This document shows positions 12,900 to 21,994 of a stretch of 64,000 nucleotides of DNA, piece by piece; the first letter of the stretch is position 1, and each line of letters begins with the position of its first letter. The notes beneath the pieces were generated by a model. The model had not been told where the DNA came from. It made no database searches and saw only the letters and a program-made list of their open reading frames with translations. The stretch is taken from the NCBI GenBank assembly GCA_963575745.1, contig CAUYUJ010000170.1, positions 186,001 through 250,000 on the forward strand, written 5' to 3'. The position numbers were made by a program, and so were the translations under genes. The stretch is from Prorocentrum cordatum. Its lineage: Eukaryota.

Positions 12900-13540
12900 T
12901 GATCTGCTCGACGACGCGCACCACCGCTCGGCAGGACTTGGCTGGATAAACGCCAGACTTCCGCACCGCCATGTTGTCCCCCAGCGTCTGGTCGTGGCGC
13001 TTGCGGCTGCAGGTGCGGCGTGGCCGCTCGTACTCCTTATGGGCGACGAGCAACTTGGCGGGGTGCTTGATGAGCCCCCCCGTCTTGTAGCATCGAGCCC
13101 CGTACTCGCACATCACCTGGTACACGCGCTTGTCGGCAAGTAGCTCCATCATGATGCGCTGCGTCCAGATCCGGCTGGTGGCCGGGTTCTCGATCATGGC
13201 GACGCCGCCTGGATCGAGCTGAGACTTGAAGAGGTCGCGGGCCAAGAAAAGGAATGGCCGTTCCGCGCGCCGCAGCCGCCGCAGCGCCTGCTTGCCCGGC
13301 GGCGCGCGGAAGTTGAAGTTTGCAATGTTCGCGTAGTAGGCGCAGGATAGCTCGAGCTCGATCGACGCGAACTTCGGCCTCGATGCGTAGTACCGCTCGC
13401 ACGTCATCTCGAGGTCCTTCTGCTTGCGGAGGTCCCAGCCGAACTTGCGGTGGATCACCTCCGTGGCTGTCATGTTGCGGCGCACTGCCGCCTCGGTAAT
13501 ACCGCCTTCGCCTCCGAAGACCTGCATGGCGTCCACGCCG
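12900..13540 (-). pseudogene. C5 cytosine DNA methyltransferase-like domain inside the copia polyprotein region
   Basis: Ordered motifs QVFGGEGGIT (FxGxG, I), GWDL (III), ELSC (IV-like Cys), MIENP (VI), MCEYG..IKHP (VIII-like), GVYPAKSCRAV (X-like). Confidence 0.72.
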
Positions 13541-14049
13541 TGGCTCTGGACGGCGTAGACCTCCTTGAAGTTCCTCATGTGGCCCGCCACGCCCCGCGCG
13601 GCGCTCGTCGCATACTGAGCGAGCGGCTTGAGAGGTCGGGGCGGCCAGTCCGCAGTGAGCACCGCCTGAAAAGCGAAGGCGCTCAGCAAGCCCGTGACCT
13701 GGTATACAGAGTAGGCCGACGCGCTTGCCCTTCTTGATGCCTGGCCGCAGGCCCGAGGCTGGCGGCTGGTCCTGGCGGCCGCCGCCGCCTAGGCTCTGTC
13801 CTGCGGAGACGCCGCGTCCGTCTCCTGGTCGGTCTCGCCCGCCTTCTGGAAGCCGTGGCCGCCGGTGTCCATCTCGTGCCCCTCGACCGGCCTCGGGCGG
13901 CGGTGACCCGCCGAGCTGCCTTGGCTTGCTGAGGCCCGCTGGGTCGTCGCCGCCGGCGTCGCCGACTCGTCGTCCAGGACCACCTCCTCGGCCATCGCCG
14001 CCTCGATGGCGGTCTTGGCCTTCTCGGGCTCGGGCGGCTTCACTCCGTG

Positions 14050-14460
14050 AGCCTTGACCCACCTGGCGAAGCGCGCCAGGAGCGGGCTCGCCCAGCCGTT
14101 GTTCAGCTCCAGCACCGCCCACCGCGCGTTGCCCAGGTCGTTCTTGAGCACCCAGCGGTAATCCGCAGTCGGGTACTTGCCGAAGCGCATCTTTTCGTTC
14201 CCCGTGATCTGCAAGCTTGGATGAGCCACGTTGCTCGAGGCGCCGCTGACCGCGTCCTCGACCTTCCAGCCCTGCAGGCGCTGCCTGAGTTCCGGCACGG
14301 TGGCGTGCTGGTCGAAGTCGATGTCCTTCGCCCAGCGGAACTCCTGGGGCTCGTGCGCGTGCATCTTGCCGAGCCCGGGGATGTCCTGCGCCTTCTTGTC
14401 CTGTCCCTGGGCCCTCAGCGCGCGCGGGATGACTCGGAGCTGGTCGCACGTCGCGTCGCG
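14050..14460 (-). pseudogene. Additional polyprotein segment with SAP/HeH-like TVPELRQRL and an FGKY motif
   Basis: ORF 13789-15114: ..HATVPELRQRL..NEKMRFGKYPTADYRWVLKNDLGNARWAV. Confidence 0.45.
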
Positions 14461-15189
14461 CACATCCAACTCGTAGCTTGCCACCCCCGCCTGTGGGCCC
14501 CCCATCCGCATGCTAGAGATCGCCGGCAGGCGGGAAGTACTCGGCGTCGGCGTGTTCGAGTAGCTGGCCTCCCGGTTCGTCGCCCTGGGAGATATCATAC
14601 ATTTCGGCTGCGACGGAGGCATGAGCGCCGGCCGCCGGTTCGTGAAAAGCTGCGGTGGCTGGATCTGCCACGGCACGCGTCGTAAAAGCTGTTGGGGCCT
14701 GAGATGAACTCCATTCGGATGGCTGCGGTGATGATGTAGATTGATGACTCCGTGCTGATTGCTGATATCGTAGCTTTGTTTGCTGCTGAAATCGAACGCG
14801 TTGTGGCCGAGGGTCGCTGTCTGGTTTAGCTCCTCGCCCAGTATGATCGGTTTGCATGATCTGTGCTGCGCTGGCGGGCGCAGGAAGAACTCCCCATGCC
14901 TCATCCTCCGACCCCGACGATGACTGACGCGATGGAATGCATGCGCACATGGCCTGGCGCAATTGCTGCTCGAACAGTTCAGCGCTATCGAGCTCGTCGC
15001 AGTCAGTCTCCGACTGAGACTCGTCGGCCTCCGAGACGACCCCTTGGTCGCAGCGCTCGGGCGCTGCCAGCTTGGCAGCGCTGGCCACGGCTGTCTCAGC
15101 GTGGTAAGTCGCAAAAGGATGCAGCCGGATCTCGGTCTCGGTGTCCGAGACGTCCGACACGTGCTTGCACCTTGGCGCGACGCCTGTAA

Positions 15190-15570
15190 TCTCGAGCGTC
15201 GGGTGTCCGGCGCGGCCCAGGCCCATCTGGATGCCGTGCTCGTTGACGGACTTGATGTCCAGCTTGTTGCCAGCCGCGTGGTAGAGAATGTCCAATTCGC
15301 TGTGGGCCTGGCGGCTGAACAGTCCCGGCACGGCGCTGCGCACGATGCTCACACGCACGGTGAAGGCCTTGCCGTTCACCGAGCAGGGAATCAGCGCCGA
15401 CTTGCGGCTGTGCACAAGCTTGGACGCTCCGGAGCGGAGAGACTCCTTCTTCGGGCACTCGATCGGCTGGATGTTGAAGGCCGCCAGCTTCTTCTTGATA
15501 TCGTTGTACCAGTCCAGGCCGCCGACGCAACGCGAGCAGGCGGTGTCGAAAGTCAGCTCGCCGCCCGACT
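15190..15570 (-). pseudogene. pol: Retropepsin-like aspartic protease
   Basis: LTFDTACSRCVGG catalytic motif; downstream VPGLFSR..ELDI. Confidence 0.8.
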
Positions 15571-15899
15571 CCTCGAGTAGGTCTTCGACGCTGATGTAGA
15601 TGTGCGCCGAACCCGTCGCGGCCATGAGGCATTGGTTGTCCTTGTTGGTGTAGAACGAGGCGGCCGCCACCTCCTCGGGCACGTTGGCCTGCTGGCGCAT
15701 GTTCGTCCAGTCGATGTCGTGCAGCGCGCTGCCGAAGGTGACCTTCCTCCGGTCTCGCGCCGCTCTCAGCTGCTCGTGCTGGTAGACCGCCGCGACCGTC
15801 ATCTCCGCGACGTGGGGCTCCTGCGCGTCGCCGGCCCCGTCGTTCGTAGTCAGGTTCGTAGTGTGACTTCCCTTTCGAGGGATGTCGGCCCTCGCGTTG

Positions 15900-16883
15900 G
15901 GTTCGTTCTTCTTGGGGCACTGCGGGCCGCCGCGCCAGTGGCCCTTCTGGCCACGAGCTCCACATTGCGTCCTCGCCTTCATCTCGGCGATCTTGGCGTC
16001 GCCCTTATTCGGCGGGCGCCCGCCGTCTCGCTTGGCGAAGTAGCCGCGCGCCTGCTTGGCCTCCTTTAGCTTGTCCTTGGCGCGCACCATCTTCTTGGTG
16101 AAGGAAGCCACCTGCTCCTCCGCCTCGTCTATCACGTCCTGTAGATCGTCCCGCAAGTCGTCGCCGTAGCCTTCGGAGCTGTCGGTGGACGCGCCGTCGT
16201 TCTCGGCCTCGTCGTAGGCCTCCGTGGCGCACACCTTCTTGTGGTCCTTTTCTGTGACCTCCGTAGCCGCCTTTGTCGTGGTGATGCTCCTCGTGGTCGT
16301 CCACGACCGATGCTTTGGGCGAATTGATCATGAGCTGCTCCTGGATCTTCGTCGGATTGAACTTGTTGCCCACGCCGTTGAGCACGCTCGCCGCGTGCTC
16401 CGGTGGCAAGCGGACGCCCTTGATGTACAGGTCGGCCAAGACCTCGTCGGGCACCTCTATGTCTTTGGCCTTCAGTTTCGTCGCAATGCCTCTGAAGCGA
16501 TTTCTGAAATGGCGGATCTCCTCGAACTTGTGCCGGATGCACGCCGGCTTCACGAATGTCCCCAGGAGCGCTGGTAACTCCAGTACCTCGATCTCGGGAA
16601 AGCGCTTCCCGAGGCCCTCCAAGAAAACCTCCACCGAACCGTCGCCCTTGATGGTCTCTAGGTCGAGCTCCTCGCACGCCTCCTCGGCCTTGCCCTTGAG
16701 GCTGGCCAAAAGCGTCGCGCCCTGCTTGGGCAGCTTCATCTCGGTGCCAATCTGCCAGACGGCGACCTCCCGGCGGAACTTCATTATCGTCTTGTTCGTG
16801 CCGTCGAAGACGGGTACGGGAATCTTGCCCCCGCTGTTCTTGTCCTCGCCGCTGGCTGCAGCGGCTTCTCCAATAGTCGCCAT
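15900..16883 (-). pseudogene. gag: Gag (frameshift near 16240) with degenerate zinc knuckle
   Basis: ATG ~100 nt after the PBS; VPVFDG..FRREVAVW..LLASLKGKA; CGARGQKGHWRGGPQC knuckle. Confidence 0.8.
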
Positions 16884-16986
16884 GCTTGCGGCAACTCCGA
16901 ATGAGAGGTATCAATCGCAATCACGAGCTTGTAGTGCGCCTGCGTATTGACTCTGCGAAGTCGCGCACGTTGCCGCGGTCGAGTTA

Positions 16987-16999
16987 GCCCCTGCTACCA
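16987..16999 (-). promoter_or_regulatory. Primer binding site, tRNA-iMet type
   Basis: TGGTAGCAGGGGC lies 1 nt inside the 5' LTR end; eukaryotic initiator tRNAs commonly end ..CUGCUACCA. Confidence 0.85.
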
Positions 17000-17000
17000 A

Positions 17001-17288
17001 TGCAGACCCGATATTGCGAAGAGGGGTCTTAGAGCGATGGAAACCGCAAGGTTTGATATCAGCAATGATGTAAATGTGTATGCGAAGATAGGCGACGGTT
17101 TGTTGATCAGCGAGACCTGCAAAGGTATCTACCGATACGCCCAAGCTCAAGGGCCCTGCAACGAATTGAGCCCAAATGGATACGGAAGGACATGTTACCT
17201 CTCGCCTGAATGTTCGTACACTCTGCTTGCTTGCTGGCATGCTATGCTACACTGCTTACAGATCAGCACGGACACCATATATTTCACA
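17001..17288 (-). repeat. 5' LTR
   Basis: tgcagacccg...atttcaca, adjacent to the PBS and TSD. Confidence 0.93.
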
Positions 17289-20244
17289 CCCTGGGGGGCT
17301 TGCGATCTGCGCAACTGTCGCCACGTTCGTGGGCTCCTGGGAGGCCCAGCGGAGGTGGGTCCCACGCGGATCACCTCGAGACCTCGCCGCCCCCTGGGGG
17401 TCATGCGATCTGCGCGACTGTCGCAACTTTCGTGCGCTCCTGGGAGGCCCAGAGGAGGTGGGTCCCACGCGGATCACCTCGAGACCTCGCCGCCCCCTGG
17501 GGGGCTTGCGATCTGCGCAACTGTCTCCACTGTCGTGGGCTCCTGGAAGGCCCAGCGGAGGTGGGTCTCACGCCGATCACCTCGAGACCTCGCCGCCCCC
17601 TGGGGGGCTTGCGATCTGCGCAACTGTCGCCACTTCCGTGGGCTCCTGGGAGGCCCTGCGGAGGTGGGTCCCACGCGGATCACCTCGAGACCTCGCCGCC
17701 CCCTGGGGGCTTGCGATCTGCGCAACTGTCGCCACTTCCGTGGGCTCCTGGGAGGCCCAGCGGAGGTGGGTCCCACGCGGATCACCTCGAGACCTCGCCG
17801 CCTCCTGGGGGCTTGCGATCTGCGCAACTGTCCCCACTTCCGTGGGCTCCTGGGAGGCCCAGCGGAGGTAACTGTCGCCACTTTCGTGGGTTCCTGGGAG
17901 GCCCAGCGGAGGTGGGTCCCACGCAGATCACCTCGAGACCTCGCCGCCCCCTGGGGGGCTTGCGACCTGCGCAACTGTCGCCATTTTCGTGGGCTTCTGG
18001 GAGGCCCAGCGGGGGTGGGTCCCACGCGGACCACCTCGGTAGCTCGCCGCCCCCTGGGGGGCCTGCGATCTGCGCAACTGTCGCCACTTTCGTGGGCTCC
18101 TGGGAGGCCCAGCGGAGGCGGGTCCCACGCGGATCACCTCGAGACCTCGCGGTGCCCTTGGGGCTGCGATCTGCGCAACTGTCGCCATGTTCGTGGGCTC
18201 CTGGGGGGCCCAGCGGAGGTGGGTCCCACGCGGATCACCTCGAGACCTCGCCGCCCCCTGGGGGGCTTGCGATCTGCGCAACTGTCGCCACTTTCGTGGG
18301 CTCCTGGGAGGCCCAGCGGAGGTGGGTCCCACGCAGATCACCTCGAGACCTCGCCGCCCCCTGGGGGGGCTTGCGACCTGCGCAACTGTCGCCATTTTCG
18401 TGGGCTTCTGGGAGGCCCAGCGGAGGTGGGTCCCACGCGGATCACCTCGGTAGCTCGCCGCCCCCTGGGGGGCTTGCGATCTGCGCAATTGTCTCCACTG
18501 TCGTGGGCTCCTGGGGGGCCCAGCGGAGGTTGGTCCCACGCGGATCACCTCGAGACCTCGCCGCCCCCTGGGAAGCTTGCGATCTGCGCAACTGTCGCCA
18601 TGTTCGTGGGCTCCTGGGAGGCCTAGCGGAGGTGGGTCCCACGCGGATCACCTCGGTGCCTCGCGGTGCCCTGGGGGCTTGCGATCTGCGCAACTGTCGC
18701 CACTTTCGTGGGCTCCTGGGAGGCCCAGCGGAGGTGGGTCTCACGCGGATGACCTCGAGACCTCGCGGTGCCCTGGGGGCTGCGATCTGCGCAACTGTCG
18801 CCACTTTCGTGGGCTCCTGGGAGGCCCAGCGGAGGTACGTCCCACGCGGATCACCTCGAGACCTCGCGGTGCCCTGGGGGTTGCGATCTGCGCAACTGTC
18901 GCCACTTTCGTGGGCTCCTGGGAGGCCCAGCGGAGGAAGGTCCCACGCAGATCACCTCGAGATCTCGCGGTGCCCTAGGGGCTGCGATCTGCGCAACTGT
19001 CGCCACTTTCGTTGGCTCCCGGGAGGCCCAGCGGAGGTGGGTCCCACGCGAGTCACCTCGAGACCTCGCGGTGCCCTGGGGTCTGTGATCTGCGCAACTG
19101 TCTCCACGTTCGTGGGCTCCTGGGAGGCCTAGCGGAGGTGGTCCCACGCGGATCACCTCGAGACCTCGCGGTGCCCTGGGGGCTGCGATCTGCGCAACTG
19201 TCGCCACTTTCGTGGGCTCCTGGGAGGCCCAGCGGAGGTGGGTCCCACGCGGATCACCTCGAGACCTCGCGGTGCCCTGGGGGCTGCGATCTGCGCAACT
19301 GTCGCCACTTTCGTGGGCTCCTGGGAGGCCCAGCGGAGGTGGGTCCCACGCGGATCACCTCGAGACCTCGCGGTGCCCTGGGGGCTGCGATCTGCGCAAC
19401 TGTCGCCACTTTCGTGGGCTCCTGGGAGGCCCAGCGGAGGTGGGTCCCACGCGGATCACCTCGAGACCTCGCGGTGCCCTGGGGGCTGCGATCTGCGCAA
19501 CTGTCGCCACTTTCGTGGGCTCCTGGGAGGCCCAGCGGAGGTACGTCCCACGCGGATCACCTCGAGACCTCGCGGTGCCCTGGGGGCTGCGATCTGCGCA
19601 ATTGTCGCCACTTTCGTGGGCTCCTGGGAGGCCCAGCGGAGGTGGGTCCCACGCGGATCACCTCGAGACCTCGCGGTGCCCTGGGGGCTGCGATCTGCGC
19701 AACTGTCGCCACTTTCGTGGGCTCCTGGGAGGCCCAGCGGAGGTGGGTCCCACGCGGATCACCTCGAGACCTCGCGGTGCCCTGGGGGCTGCGATCTGCG
19801 CAACTGTCGCCACTTTCGTGGGCTCCTGGGAGGCCCAGCGGAGGTGGGTCCCACGCGGATCACCTCGAGACCTCGCGGTGCCCTGGGGGCTGCGATCTGC
19901 GCAACTGTCGCCACTTTCGTGGGCTCCTGGGAGGCCCAGCGGAGGTGGGTCCTACGCGGACCACCTCGAGACCTCGCGGTGCCCTGGGGGCTGCGATCTG
20001 CGCAACTGTCGCCACTTTCGTGGGCTCCTGGGAGGCCCAGCGGAGGTGGGTCTCACGCGGATCACCTCGAGACCTCGCGGTGCCCTGGGGGCTGCGATCT
20101 GCGCAACTGTCGCCACTTTCGTGTGCTCCTGGGAGGCCCAGCGGAGGTGGGTCCCACGCGGATCACCTCGAGACCTCGCGTTGTCCTGGCGGGCTGCGAT
20201 CTGCGCAACTGTCGCCACGTTCGTGGGCTCCTGGGAGGCCCAGC
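17289..20244. repeat. Tandem satellite, ~29 units of 103-bp and 101-bp variants
   Basis: Unit gcgatctgcgcaactgtcgccactttcgtgggctcctgggaggcccagcggaggtgggtcccacgcggatcacctcgagacctcgc...; no unique spacers. Confidence 0.97.
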
Positions 20245-20989
20245 AGAGTTACGCCTTACGAGTTGCCGCTGCTCTTCTTTCTGCGCTCTTCTGAGTTCAC
20301 TGATGGGTGCTCTTCTTCCGCACTGCGGGTTTTTCAGCATGTCCGTCAGCATTGAGTGGTCCCGAATGTAACCACCACATGTATAGAATGGGTTGGGTAC
20401 GTCGCAGGGTAATTTGTGTGTAACAGGACGTACTAGAGATGCAACGGCCAGCGCTGCACATGAGCTGTTACCTTGGGCTGCAGCCCGCTGGAATTGCTGC
20501 TGCCATGGGCGGCAGAGTCACACAACTACTCGAGCAGTAATAATCTGTGCACACGGCACTGGAGTGATCAGTCCTGGAGTGCTGTCCTGAACGGTTGTTC
20601 AATTTCCCGTTTGTTCTTGGTTGTTCCTGTTGGATTCAACCTTTTCGGCCTACTGACGCTCCACAGCAGCCCCAAAGGGCGAAAGCTCGCCCCAAGACGA
20701 TTTCAGAAGCCCCCTCCAGGGCGCCACACTGACCAAGAGGCCCCAAAGACGCCACAGGAGACTTGCAGGACAGCCCCAAGAAGGCACCACATCGCTAAAA
20801 CATCACTGCCAGACGCTCATCAAGCCTTCCAGGTGGCACCACCACTAATGACGACGATGACGACGACGACGATGACGACGACGACGCGCGAAAGAAGCAC
20901 AGTACGGCGGATGAGCAGGACATGGGATGCAACTGGCACTCGGTGATGGGACGGCGTTGCGGATCGGCAGGAGTGTCTCAGGACGTCTG

Positions 20990-21530
20990 GGGGGAAGCTT
21001 TTGGGGGCCTCTTGGCGGCCTCCTGGCGCTTCCTGGGGGCCTCTTGGTGACTTCTTGGAACCTCTTGGGGGCCTCTTGGGAGCCGCTTGGGACCTCTTGG
21101 GGGCCTCAAGGGGCGGACAGCTCGAAATGTCGGTTCGTGTTCCTCCTCTGGGGTCCCTCTTGAGGCGTTCTTGGGGCCCTCTTGGGCTGCTTTGGAAGTC
21201 TCTCGGGCCGTCTGGGAGGCCTGTTAGGCCGTCTCGGTGCCCTTGGGGGCCTCTAGGGCCGTGTCGGGGCGATATTCGGGGCCTCCGAGACCGTCTTGGA
21301 GCGTCGAGAAGCCGAAAAGGCAGAAACGCGAAAAACCTTCGGAAAATGAATGATTACTGCCTCTTGGGGCCCTTTTGAGAGTGCTCTTGGAGACCCCTTG
21401 GGCCGTGTTGGAAGCGTTCTGTGCCGTCTGGAGGTCACCTTGGGCGTGTTAGAACGATATTCAGCGGCGCTGGGCCCCCTTTGAGGCCTCTTGGGGCCCT
21501 TTTCATGTGCTTGGGGGCGGTCTTGGGGGC
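20990..21530 (-). repeat. ccccaagagg-rich dispersed repeat; related tracts at ~32250-32890 and ~46060-46510 in the opposite orientation
   Basis: Degenerate ~11-bp cttgggggcct / ggccccaaga tandem motifs. Confidence 0.7.
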
Positions 21531-21994
21531 GCCCCTCGCGGCCCGGTCCCGCCAAGCGCGCTCGGGGCCCGGGCCCGGCAAACGACAACGGCGAGGCTAT
21601 CGACACGCCAAATGCGCGCCAATCTCCAGCCGACGCGCCAGATGCGCGTTGACCGGACGAGCAGAAGTGGAATGGAAGCGCCAAACACGCCCCATATTTC
21701 AGATGATCAGTTGCGGTGAACGCCATGGAAGCATGCAGACGCTGTAACACACGATGAAATCAATTCAATGTATGGACCCCAACAGTAGGCAAGAGGTTTG
21801 AAGATCACGGGAGTGTTTCCCCAGCTCATCACGACCTCAGACAAACCTTCAGCTCGGATCAAAAACTTCGTAGTTAGCGTCAGCGGTGAGTCACACTTGT
21901 AATGCCAATACGACAAGTACTGACCGTCGTCTGTATCGCGGTCTTTCAACCGCCGCAGGCGCAGCATAACTCCGAAGCGGTGAAGCCCCTGTCG

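Larger units (their letters stand above)
8827..17288 (-). mobile_element. Full-length Ty1/copia LTR retrotransposon (degenerate, multiple frameshifts) carrying a DNMT-like domain
   Basis: Two ~289-bp TG..CA LTRs; TSD CCCTG (8822-8826, 17289-17293); PBS; domain order gag-PR-(extra)-IN-RT-RH. Confidence 0.95.

Noticed and set aside
17289..20244. CRISPR-like array next to a reverse transcriptase
   Set aside because: Units repeat end to end with no unique spacers and no cas genes are present; the RT belongs to a copia element inserted secondarily, with a TSD.
16947..20371. Long ORFs (360-640 aa) across the satellite
   Set aside because: The same peptides cycle through all frames; they are a by-product of a stop-poor GC-rich repeat.
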